Shown: in pieces, positions 46,745-60,882 of the stretch
How positions within the stretch are numbered: position 1 is the stretch's first letter
Layout: each line of letters begins with the position of its first letter
Source of the DNA: the human T2T-CHM13v2.0 reference genome, Homo sapiens
Strand: one strand, 5' to 3'
Length of the DNA stretch: 64,000 bases
NCBI RefSeq assembly: GCF_009914755.1
Contig: NC_060930.1
The notes under the pieces: model-generated
Seen by the model: only the letters and a program-made list of their open reading frames with translations
What the model was told of the DNA's origin: nothing
Databases searched by the model: none
Translations under genes and position numbers: made by a program

Positions 46745-47107
46745 TTTTCTTTAAATTTAAATTTCTTAATTTTTTAATTGACAAAATTATGTATATATAT
46801 ATAGTGAACATCTTGTTTTAAAATATGTAAACATTGTGAAATGCCTTAATCAAGCTAATTAGCATATACATTACCTCACAAAAACTATTTTTTGTGGTGA
46901 GAACACTTAAAATCTATTCTCTCAGCAATTTTCAGGAATACAATTCATTGTTATTAACTATAGTCACCATGTTGTACAATAGATCTTTTGAACTCATTTC
47001 TCCTAACGGAAGTTTATCCTTTAACCAACATCTCCCCAATCATCCTTCCTTCTTTCGCCTAAAACCCCTGGCAATTGCTTTTCTACTCTATACTTGTATG
47101 AATTCAA
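46745..47107 (-). mobile_element. L1MA (MA7-9-like) 3' end
   Basis: ATCAAGCTAATTAGCATATACATTACCTCACA..GTGGTGAGAACACTTAAAATCTA. Confidence 0.85.
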
Positions 47108-47876
47108 TCTCCTACAATTTTTACCTCTCTCTTCTACATTATTATACATTATCATGTTTTCTTCTCTACTGAATTATGTCTTCAGTCTATAAGTATATTG
47201 TTATTTGTCTCCCATTTGAAAAAAAGAAAACAAAGAGAAGCCTCTCTTGATCCCATATCTTCATCTATAATGCCATTTCTCTGCCTCTCTGTATACCTAT
47301 GTTTCTCAAAAGAGTTATCCAAAATCACTGTCTTCATTTTCTCTCCTTCTAGTATCTTTTGAACACAGCCAACTGTGCTTTGAACCATCACTCCTCCAAA
47401 ATTGCTTTTCTCAGTGTCATGGATGTCCTTGACACTGTTAAATCCATTGGCCAGTTATTCCATATACTCTCACATGACCTATCAGCCATATTTAGCAGTT
47501 GTTCATTCCCTACTTGAAATGCTTTCTTTTCTTGGTTTCCAGGACACCACATCCTCTATGTTTTTCTCCAAACCCACTGCTTGATCCTTCTCAATATCAT
47601 TTGCCAGTCTTAGCTCATCTCCTTACCCTGTCAATGCTGAATGCCTCAAATTTCCGTCCTTGGGCCTCTTCTCTTTGCAGGCCCACTCTCTTAATGATCT
47701 CATTCAGTACCATGGCTTTAAAGGTACTGTATACGCTGACAACTTCTAGATTTTTATTTCCCATTCAGATTTCTCCCCTAAACACCAGATCCATACATCT
47801 TAAAGCCTGCCCCACTCCATTCCACATATCCACTTGGATGTCTAAAAGGCATGCCAAGGAAAGACTATAAAGGGAG

Positions 47877-48274
47877 TGTGATGGTTAATACTGAATGTCA
47901 ACTTGATTGAATTGAAGGATATAAAATATTGATCTTGGGTGTGTCTGTGAGGGTGTTGCCAAAGGAGATTAACATTTGAGTCAGTGGGCTGGGAAAGGCA
48001 GACCCACCCTTAATCTGGATGGGTACCATCTAATCAGCTGCCAACCTGGTTAAAATATAAAGCAATCAGAAAAATGTGAAAAAAGAGACTGGCCTAGCCT
48101 CCCAGCCTCCATCTTTCTCCTGTGCTGGATGCTTCTTGCCCTCAAATATCAAACTCCAAGTTCTTCAGTTTTGGAACTTAGACTGGCTCTCCTTGCTCCT
48201 CAGCCTGCAGATGGCCTATTGAGGGACCTTGTAATCATGTGAGTTAACACTTAATAAACTCATATATATGTGTG

Positions 48275-48312
<38 letters not shown>

Positions 48313-48405
48313 TGTGTATATATGTGTGTGTATATATACGCACATATATTGGAATACACATATATTCCATTAGTTCTGTCCCTCTAGGGAACCCTGACTA
48401 ATACA
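47877..48405 (+). mobile_element. MLT2A (HERV-L) solo LTR with internal (TA/TG)n
   Basis: TGTGATGGTTAATACTGAATGTCAACTTGATTG...GAACCCTGACTAATACA; TSD GGGAG/GGGAC; AATAAA present. Confidence 0.94.
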
Positions 48406-48644
48406 GGGACTCAAATAGAGGCTAAAGGCTGATGCTTTTTCAGGAGCACCTGAAGACCATGTGACTCTGAGCTAGAGCAGGTTAGAATGTTCATAGGTGG
48501 AGGAGAAGAGGAGAATACGTGACTGCATTGCAACTTTCTTTATCTATAACTACTATACCATGTGCAATTACAATAGCGGGGATATTCAGTTTTTATCCCT
48601 CTCACTCAGAATCATTGACACAGTCTCTTTGGGACAGCTTTTTG

Positions 48645-48790
48645 TTGGGAGTAGGCTGAGGTGGGTGGATCACTTGAGTTCAGGAGTTTGAGACCAGCAT
48701 GGGCAACATGGTAAAACCTGTCTCTACAAAAAAAAAGAAAGAAGAAGAAAGAGAGAGAGAGGAAAGAAGCAAGAAAGGAGAAAGAAAGAA

Positions 48791-48834
<44 letters not shown>

Positions 48835-49025
48835 AAAAAGAAAGAGAAAGAAAAAGAGAAAGAAACAAAGAAAAATTAGCTGAGTTTGATGGTGCATGCC
48901 TATAGTCTCAGCTACGAGGGATGCTGTGATGGGAGGGTGGCTTGAGCCTTGGAGGTTGAGGCTGCAGTGAACTGTGATGATGCCTCTGCACCCTAGCCTG
49001 AGCACAGAACGAGACCCTGTCACAA
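48645..49025 (+). repeat. Inverted duplicate of the AluJ at 44713-45095 (no 5' end, no poly(A))
   Basis: About 94% identity outside the microsatellite, including shared non-consensus bases and the expanded (GAAA)n linker. Confidence 0.93.
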
Positions 49026-51904
49026 GGCTCTCTTTTGAGAGCTCTTTGTGAATCTTGTGAGTCATTTGTTAACTGTCTAATATCAGTTAAGGTTCAGAGG
49101 AGGAGATAGAAAAAGAGCAGAGAAAGGGAAAAGAGAAACTATAAAGAAAAGGAGGCAAAAGTCAAAGCAAGCAAAATGAAGGCCTATTTTAAGTCTTTTG
49201 CAGGAATCTTAAGCTCAAGAAGTCCTAATCACCCACAAACAAACCCACTTCTTCTATGGTCTTCCACATCTCAGTTAATATCAACTCCATCATTCAGTTG
49301 CTCAGACCAACATTTTGGAGTTCTCCTGATACTTGTCATTCTTTCACAGCCTGTAAAAATCAGTCTATCAGCAAATTCTAATGCATCTACTTTCAAAATA
49401 TACCCAGAATCCAACCTCCTCCTCTACTACACGGTGATCTGGCCACCACCATTTCTCACCAATATTATTATCATGGTCTTCCAATTGGTTTCACTTTTTA
49501 TCTCCCTAAAGTCTATTCTCCTGTAGTGATCCTGTTAAAAATATCATATAAAATGTCATTGGACTCAAACCTATAGAATAATTCCTCATCTCTATTAGAT
49601 TAAAAGTTAAAATAAATCCATACGCTGGCTATAAAGCCTTCTAAGATCTCCATCTTCATTACCCTATGTCTTATAACTTCCTCCACTTTACTCACTCCAT
49701 TGCACACTGCTACCCTCTCATAAGCCAGGCTCTCTCCCACTCCAAAGCTTCTGTACTTGCCTATTCCTGTACCTAAGTCTCCCTTCCTCAGGTGTCTGCA
49801 GGCTTCATTCTCACATCTCTTTCACTTCAAAGGCCATCTTCCCAATGAGGAATTCCATGATGGTTTTTCAAAATTTGTAATCCTTCTACCTCCTCCTCAC
49901 CCAGCACTCTTAATCTCCTCACTTGCTTTATTTTTCAATACTACTCATCACTGCCTGAATATAATAAATTTTAATGATTTGTTAGTTTTTTTTATCCCCA
50001 CTCTTGCTATTCCCCCACCACCACCACCACTAATACAGGCCCCATGAGGGCAGGAATTTTGACTATTTAATTCACTGCTTTGTTTCCAGAACTGCTTTAT
50101 TGCTAGAACATGGCTCAGGACATAGTAGGAACTCCTGAATGAATGATTCTTATAATTTTCCACCCACGACTTTTCTCTGTTGTCGTTTTCTAAAACTCCT
50201 ATTCATAGAACATTAGACATTCTGGATGACTCGTGTTTCTTTTCATATTTTTATCTCTTTGTCTTTTGGTTCAATTTTCTGAAATAATTTTTCAACTCTA
50301 TCTTCCTAACCTTGCATTAAAGTACTGTTTTATTCAATTATAAATTGAATTTTCCAAAGTTCTTGCTTCTGATTATAGCTCATTTCCAACATTTTTATTA
50401 TCTTATGGATCTAATATCTTTTCAAATATCTCTAAGGATACTCTTTGGATATTTTCCCTATGTTTTAGGTTATCTTTTACTCCCTAAACTATCTGTTAAC
50501 TCTCTTCTTATGTTTTTCTGCTTGTGTATAAATTTGCATTGAAAACAAACGCTAGAAAAGTCCACAATAAAATGTTAACTGTGTTGGTAATGATAGCTGG
50601 GTGGTAGATTATAGAAGAGTTGATTATAAGTGTGAGTGTGTGGTTTTTCTTTTGCTTATCTATGTTTTTTTATTTTCTCAATGAACACAAACTACTATTC
50701 TAATAGAGAAGTATTACAAATTTAAAAAAAAAGAAAAAATGAAGAGGGAACATCAGTCCAAGAGAAAAACAAGGATAAGTAATATATAGACTGAGGCCTC
50801 TGGGAAGAAAAAGACAAACTGAAGGAGACAAGAACATTAGAAATAAATCTAAAAAGAGAAAACTAAGTGGTTCTACTGTCCAGAAGCAACAAAGCTCACA
50901 TTCCTAATCACTGTCTCCTTTTATTCTCTCAAAGTCTTCACCGTTTATTCCAATCACTGTATTTCATGTACTATCTCCAGAAAACAATTTATTTTCTTTT
51001 AAATAGTTAGCTTTCCAGAGGCTGTGCTGGAATTCTATCTCCCTGGAGAAAACCCTCGGGAAGCCAACAGGGTTAAATTTGTATGATTTCAGTCACATAG
51101 TTACCGCCCTTCTCTACAACAACATATAGGCACTTCTGGAAGAAATTCCATGCCAGGGGCTTGCTAAGCAGGCTTTTCCTCCATAGACACCGGAGTTGGA
51201 TTTATCAGGAGCTGAATTTTGTCAGTGGCAGAATTCTATGGCTCAGGCAATTGAAGCTTATCCTTGTCTCATTTGACACTTAAAAGTTTATCCTCTTGAA
51301 CTATGGGAAGTGAATTCAAAAGGGAGTAAAGTAAATTTCACCTAGGCACATTGGATCATATTCGTACTTCATAATAAAGTTTCGAAGTTCTCTGCTGGCT
51401 AGCAGGGTTAGTAGGGAATATAATACAAACTAACTTTTTTCAGTAGAGGCAATTTTCTTTGAAAATGAAAAAGTCAAAAACTCTAAAACCTTGTTATTTT
51501 AATGTGGAGGAATACATAAGAGCAGTAGTTGAAAACAATGAAGTATGTGAGGCCATTTAGCACAGTGCCTGGGTCAGAGTAGGTGATAAATAATTTTTTA
51601 TCACATCTAAATGTTGGCCAGGCCTTTCATTCCACAGAGGAGGAAGCCAAGTCTTGGTGAATTAACTGACTTGCCAAGGGGAAATAAGTTGTACAGCCAG
51701 GATTAGAGCCTACACATAGAAGCAAACTTATAAAGCAAACTTAAAAACCCCAAATCATGATTTTAGTAGGGAAAACTTCAACTCATGATTTTTCCCAAGA
51801 GAAAAGCATTCTGCCATTTGTGATTACACATGCAGTTGGCTTCATAACAGTTATTATAGCAGTAGGCAATCAAATGTTGCATACACTAATATATTAGCTA
51901 GTTT

Positions 51905-53460
<1,556 letters not shown>

Positions 53461-53861
53461 CAACGTGAAGGAAGCAGAAAGGTTGCAAAGGAAAGAAAGA
53501 GGAAAATACTTTTCTGGCAGGAAATGATGCTAGTTTTCAAATGGGAAAAGTGAAAACATTAGCCCCATTTCAGAACAATAAAGTTCATCCCAATTTTTTT
53601 TAAGTAATCATTTAATATTTGCTCAGCATTTCTGTAGTCTATGTGTGTGGCATATATAATGGGCACAGTAGAAATATAGGTGGTTATTTCTATTGTCACA
53701 ATTACTGACTATTATCTTGTTGCTCACCTCTTTTGTGGTCTTATATTGATAAATTTTAGAATTAATCAAATCAGTTAACATTTTCATGAGATAAAATTTT
53801 TTTCCAACTTGAGACTCTATTTAGAATGCAAGAAGTTCTTTGATAAAGTAATTTTTGCTAG

Positions 53862-54210
<349 letters not shown>

Positions 54211-54289
54211 TAGTTATAAATGTAAAGAGTCCATTGAGATGTTTTATAAAAAATGTTTCAGTTAAACTGAGTAAGATATGAAAAACTGG

Positions 54290-54570
54290 AACCAACATTT
54301 ATTGATCAGGTACTATTTGCTGCATGCTATACTTTGTATTTTATATAACAATCAAATATATAATTGCTACACTTTGTTGACTACCTATTATATTTCTGCT
54401 ATTTTGCCACTTAATTCTTGCAACAATCCTGCAAGGTGGGTGTTACTATTCCCATTGTACATGTGTGTCCACTAAAGTTAAGTATTTGACCTACTAGCAA
54501 GCAGTGGAAATGCCTTAAAATCTCACCTGATTTGGTCTTTAATCCCAGAATGTCCCCACTTACCATATAT
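54290..54570 (-). mobile_element. MIR fragments
   Basis: CAACATTTATTGA; TTAATTCTTGCAACAATCCTGCAAGGTGGGTGTTACTATTCCCATT. Confidence 0.65.
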
Positions 54571-55507
54571 CACATTAAGGAGACCCATGATGATAATCTA
54601 TATATTACATGAACGTCAGTGCAAAATCTATAATTCAAGTGGCAGTTTGAGCATTTCAAACAGGTCCATTAGCTTCCCACCAGCTACATTAGATCAACAT
54701 CAGTTTTATTTTCTCTGAATCAGAAAAAAATAATGAACTGAGGGCTAATGAAGTATAATCTGACAGAGTACTCCTTTAACTTCGTTGGGCTAACAATCTT
54801 CATCTAACTCAGTGAGACACACATAAGAGATAGTCTAAGAGGAGATGAGAGAGAATGAGCAAGGAAATAATAGTGACATATGTGGTATGCATTAGAGTTC
54901 TCAAAGAGGATAATCTTATCAATTAAGAAAATCCATTGAGGGCAGGTATCATGACTTCAGAGAAAGCAAGCATCTGAAGAGCTAAAGTATTCACCAAAGT
55001 ATTACAGCTTGTAAGAAAGGGAGCTAGAAGGCTAAACTGGACACTTTGCACCAGCACTAGAGAGAAATAGGGCACCGAGGTAAAGCTGGAGAACAAAAGA
55101 GTGATTTGTGAGATGAGGGAGCAAGGGGGAGCAAGGGCAGGTGTAAGATCACTTAATTGTTCTTGCTGAAGCTGAGCAGCTCCCTGATCTTATATCCCTG
55201 CTCTTGCTACTCTGGCATGTACAGACAACTAATTCATTTTCTTTTATCTAAGACTTTTAAAGTACCTCTGAGAAAGACGGGGGTATACAAATCAAATTAG
55301 AATCACAATAGGTTGGGAACTGATCCAAGAACTTAATATGAGACCTAAATAATAGAAAGCAAAAATAGCAGAAAACTAAGGTAGTTTGCATTCCTATGTC
55401 TTATGAATAAAACTAAAATAATTACATTATCCCTTGTTCTTTAAAAGATTTGTGCTGTTAACATTTTGACATGAAGAAGTGGTCATTCAAAATAAGAGGC
55501 CAATGTG

Positions 55508-55722
55508 ATCCACTGACCTTTGGTCTTTTCTTCAAATGACACTCATTTCCCCTTCTCCACCTGTACTACAGCACAGATTCTAAAGGGGGAAGAATTCAGT
55601 GGAATTAAACACAGCATCCACTGCCCTTTAGTCTTCTCTTTGAATGGCACTCATTTCCCCCTCCTCCACCTGTACTACAACACAGATTCTAAAGGGGGGA
55701 GAATTCAGTGGAATTAAACACA
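55508..55722. repeat. Two-copy tandem duplication, 108-bp unit
   Basis: Units start ATCCACTG at 55508 and 55616; about 91% identical. Confidence 0.96.
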
Positions 55723-55731
55723 CACGCGCGT

Positions 55732-55764
<33 letters not shown>
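55718..55764. repeat. (CA)n microsatellite with CGCGCGTG interruption
   Basis: Alternating purine-pyrimidine tract seen directly. Confidence 0.97.
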
Positions 55765-55769
<5 letters not shown>

Positions 55770-58700
55770 GCAGCTCTCAGAGGTAGATTTTATGTGGAGA
55801 AACCCCAATGTCAATTCTAATTTTATACCCTTCTCATAAGTACTTTGTTTACCATATAAGTTCTTTTAATGTAAGTGACTGATCAGGGCATCTCAAGTAT
55901 AAGTGCTTTCAGGGGTCAGGCATTACCTAATTGTAAGAAGACTGGCAGGGAACTGGAACAGTTGTGCCTTATATAAAAGCATTCTAATTGTACCTGTTAT
56001 AAAGGCTGTCTTTCATAGAGAAAATGCACCTATTTATAGGCCCAATTTGAGACCTTTGCATAAGATTAACTGTTTTGATCAATTGTCTGCCATATTTAAC
56101 AGAAATCTAATTAGAAATTTTTAATATAAGACCTTCAATAAATAATTTGATTATAGAATTGTGTGTATGTGTATATTAGAAACTCATATTGAATCAGCGT
56201 AGCTGGTAGGAAGGAAGAGAAATATATCAATCACATTTATATATTCAACAGCAAACAATGAGACTATATGATCTTTTGGATAGAATTGGCAAGTGGTTAA
56301 ATCAAATTGTTAGGTTACTTATGTCTAAATGCTTAAACATCTATGCTTAAAGATTGGCCTTTTCCAGCTTTCCACTTGGGTATTTTTTGGTGCCAGGTGA
56401 AGCTCATTCAAGACACTCAGAGTTAACTGCATCTTAAAAGTTAAGTAAAACCTTCCTTGATGTATAAATATTTGACATACTCTGCTTTCCCAAGGATGAT
56501 ATCGTGTTTGTGATGGACTAGGAAATGGGGAAAACAGTTTTTGATTGCAGAAGACCAAGATTTTGTGAACTCAAATATTCTATCTAACCTATACATTTTT
56601 AAGAGCAGTAGGAAAAAAGTTATTCCAAATTCTAAATTTCAAATCAGAAAAGTCAGTAAACTTGTGGTTCAGGTGAAAGTTTTAGTGGTGTACAACCTCT
56701 GTTGATTTTCAGGTGTTAAAAGCAGTAGGAATATATATCATCTTGATACTTACTCCAGCTGCTGAATTTAAGAGATCATTGACCAGATACCTGATTTAAG
56801 AGATTCCGTATTTACAGACATACATGCTCTTCTCTTCTGCAGAGGAATGAGCTTTAAAAGCCAAGAGATATCAAGTGCATAACGCTCCATAAACCAATAT
56901 TCTTAATAGACTAATCTGATTGTCAATCAGCTTCTACACCTATCTGAAGAATCATTTGACATTTTGTCTATATTCATTTATCAAGGGTCTAAAAATAGAT
57001 TTAATTTAATAACATTAGTGTTCAACTTGTCCAACGTTCAGATCTTATTCCAGGGGGAACAATGCTTGTAGCAATGCTAAAATTAGGAAAGTTGTTTTAT
57101 GTCGCATTAGTTAACATATGCAAGCTTACTTAACATGTGGACGGCAAATAAGTGTAATTACATTAAAACAAGGAGCTGTAGCACAGAAGCAATAAAAATA
57201 GACTAGGTTGTATTATTAATTCTTGTGTTAAGGGTTTTGAGCCATGTTGATTGGCCTGAATTTTTTGATTTTGTTATGGTACAAAGGGATTGTTTGAAGT
57301 AATTTGTCCCCGAGAGAGGCTCACAATCCCAAGCGGGTTTCAATTCAGCAAAGCAAATCTAATTTTGTTTGCTTTATGCAAACCAGAAGGGGCTGTGGTT
57401 CATTCTGTTTTCACTGGAGGGGAAAGGCGTACTAATGGGACCTGCTGAAATGCATGCATTGCAAACATCATACCCCTGCATATATTAAATTTAGCTATGT
57501 AATGCACTGTGTTCATCATCTCATTGTGTACACAGATACACTTTAGAACAAAGCCTTTTAATAGCGAGGGAACCTTACTACATTATGTCAATACTCTATT
57601 GTATTTATATTTAATGCCACCATTGGAATACCTACCCTTAGCTAGAGTATGCTCATATTTGTAATCATTTTGAATTTCAGCTGCTTCTTATGTGAAAGTG
57701 GGCTATATACTGGGGCTACTATGCTGGACTCTAAAGCCAACATCTGAAGATTAATTATACATACGTTGATGAAGATTTCCAATTTTTTCAGTCTCCACCC
57801 CTACACATATACTCTTTGTACACCTGAGTTAAATTGGAGAGATGCTTAGCACCTTGTTGAAAGAATAGGACACATCACAAATCCGAATATTCAGGCTGGA
57901 AGATAAATGGAGGATAATAATATCTGCACAACAGGTAATGCTAAAGACGGTCTCCATTCCTGTGACAAATTACCATCCTCCTACCTGCCCCCTCCCCCCA
58001 ACTCGCTGTGGTCTTTCCTTGACTTGCCAGATACAGCTATGCTGCCAGATATATTTGATCAAATTCATCAAAATTAGAGGGTGCATGAGATGGGAAGGGA
58101 AACCAGCACATGATAGATGATAATGCAGTTATTGGCTAGGTGGATTTATTCACATAAAAATGGAATTATTTGTCAATTAAAATTGCATAATGACTGCATC
58201 TCCTGTCATGCCAGCACTGTTTTCAGTATGTTTTTATTTTGAAAACAGTTCCAATACTGCAAACAGACAGACACATCTCCAAACCCTTCAATTTGTCATT
58301 AGACATTTGGCGGCATGCCTATTTTGCTGTTAATTTTCCAAAACTACATTAATTTGCTGAATGACTTTTGTGAATCAGTTCACATAAAATTCAAGATGAT
58401 ACTTGTCATGTATCAAAGAGTGACTATTAAAAGCACAGGTTACTTGTAAAAAATAACACTGTGTGAATCAGTTTGAATTTTTTGTTTTAAGTTCAAACGT
58501 GGGTTAGCATTAATGATTTTTTTCTTTCCTAATGTAAGTTGCTTAATGAAACATTACAAGGATAATCTTCCTATTGGTTTTTTTCTGCTTCTGCTTATCT
58601 GTTTCTTCAATTTACTAGTGTATACATTCTTAATTTGACTTGATTTGGAACAACCCCAGGCAGTTGAAATTCAATGGTGTAGCCAAAAATAATTGTTTAA

Positions 58701-59116
58701 TATTGTGAAATAAGGGATTTGGTCCTCAAGGTAGACTGCATCAGACAGTTGTACAATTTAAACATTGGGAGAGATTACTCTGTGCACAGAACCAAATAGC
58801 AAGATCACATGATATTCTTAGAAGAATTTATTCCCTAACAAAAGAGGGAATTTGATTGAGAGATGCTATAACTGTTACCTGCCTCTTGTAGCACAACATC
58901 ATGAAATATTATGGTCACCATCAGAAATATTGATTTATTTATATACATACTTTCTTGGTCCACAAAATATATTTACTTTAAAACAATAAAAACATTGCCT
59001 TGGTCTTGATATAAACATTATCCAATGAGCTGTGACTAGAGATATTCCAGGTCAAAGCACATTTTTTAATGTGTGTGTGTGTATGCATGCACGTGTGTGA
59101 GCATGCACATGTGTGT

Positions 59117-59555
59117 GTGTTGACCTTTGAGTAACATAGGTTTGAACTGCACAGGTCCACTTATATGTGGATTCCTTTTGCCTCTGCCACTCTTGAGTCA
59201 GCAAAAACAACCCCTCCTCTTCTTCTGCCACCTCTTTAGCCTACTTAAAGACAACAAAAAAGATGAAGACCTTTATAATAATCCACTTCCACTTAATAAA
59301 TAGCAAAAATATTTTCTCTTTCTTAAGTTTTTAATAACATTTTCTTTTCTCTAGCTTACTTTATTGTAAGAATATAGTATATAATACATACACATATAAA
59401 ATAGGTGTTAATATGCTCTTTGTGTTATTAGTAAGGCTTCCAATAAATATTAGGCCTTTAGTAGTCAATTTTGGGAGGATCCAAAATTTTACATGGAATT
59501 TTAACTGTGAAGGAGATCAATATCCCTAACCTCCACGTTGCTCAGTGATCAATTG
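59117..59555 (+). mobile_element. Tigger2a (MER28) MITE flanked by (TG)n/(TA)n repeats
   Basis: GTTGACCTTTGAGTAACATAGGTTTGAACTGCACAGGTCCACTTATA...GATGAAGACCTTTAT...GATCAATTG then TA. Confidence 0.88.
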
Positions 59556-60474
59556 TATATGTGTTCGTGTGTGTGTGTTTGTGTGTGTGTATATATATAT
59601 CTTTATATATGTATGTATAGTATATGTACACAAATAGGAGATATATGCCTAGTGTGTGTGTATATATATGCACACACTTATACATATATATCTATATGCA
59701 TGTATTATAGTGTACTCTGTGTCTATATAACCCTTGATACTTTATGGATGTTTTTGTTATGATTACCTAAATAAATTATGAATTATTATAATGTAATTGG
59801 CCTAATGCAGCCATAGGGGCTGAATTAGAGAGAAAATAATTATATGAACCCCTAGCGAGTTCAAACCTGCAACAAATACCATAAGAAATCATGTCACTTT
59901 GAGCTGTAAGCCTAGAAAGATATATGTGGCAAAAAAAAAAAAAAAGAAAGAAAAAAAAAAGCAGTACAGGATGATACCCTCTATTTCCCAAACTTGTGTA
60001 CCTTATCCTGGTCTACCTCCTCAGTATGATAACAGGGAGCTTGGGAGGATGAGAAGAGTGGAAAAAGTGATGGCTAAAGTCCTCCTGCTGTGCTACACTG
60101 TTGTTCCATTACTGCCAATTCAGGATGAATCTATACCACATTTGGTAAGACTGACAAAATATCACATCAGTGAGAGTGAATATAAATGTTTCCTAATAAA
60201 CCAACTCATCGCAATAATAAACATCTTCCTAGATTAAGCTCTAATATTTAAAAAACAATTGGAGATGTCAGAATCGAGGAATTTAATTTCCTAGTGTGCT
60301 TTCCTAGAAGGCAGCACAACATGCTCACTCTACCCCAGTGCACTGGTAAGTCCTGCACAGACATTTCTTCTTAACCCTGAAGTACTGAAGGCAGACCCTG
60401 CCCAAATTCCTGTTCAGGTAAGCAGTCTAAGTTTGCATGGGAAGTTATGTCTGTTCTCAGAGAGCTTCCAGCCA

Positions 60475-60882
60475 CAGCAGTATGCCGATGAATGTTTAAA
60501 AATCAGCTCTCTTGGGGAAAAAAATAAAAGCAATAACCCTGGTTTGTAATGTGGGCTAATTCCAAGCTACCAATGTGATACCACTGAATGCAGAGTGGGG
60601 AACAGGCACGAAGTATCATCATTGCATAGAATAACCACTCATGTAGAGACAATAGATGCAAATAACTTCAAAAGCACAGATTATAGCAAAATGTAGTAAG
60701 ATAAAAAGCAATAAATTTGGAGTGTTGCTGTTATTTTTAATATAACTTATTGAATTTTAAGATTAAATACTTTTTAAAAATTAACTGTTAATACTGGCTG
60801 TATATAAAAACAGCTTGCAAAATCCTAAAAATTTGATAGTCAGCTCTTATGAGTTGGTTAAGATGGCCTCAATACACAACTG
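60475..60882 (-). mobile_element. MER63-like hAT MITE
   Basis: CAGCTTGCAAAATCCTAAAAATTTGATAGTCAGCTCT..ACACAACTG end resembles the MER63 terminus. Confidence 0.65.

Larger units (their letters stand above)
46520..50150 (+). mobile_element. L2 (ORF2 to 3' end), interrupted by L1MA, an LTR, MLT2A and an Alu copy
   Basis: GACCTATCAGCC (DLSA RT motif) near 47476; CACTTGGATGTCTAA; CAGTTGCTCAGACCAA; terminal GAATGAATGA near 50137. Confidence 0.82.

Noticed and set aside
48493-48517. ATAGGTGGAG..GAGGAGAATA resembles about 62858-62882
   Set aside because: Short, purine-rich low-complexity similarity with no flanking homology
60290-60425. Two strong splice-donor motifs (CTG|GTAAGT, CAG|GTAAGC)
   Set aside because: Only weak upstream acceptors; such motifs occur often by chance
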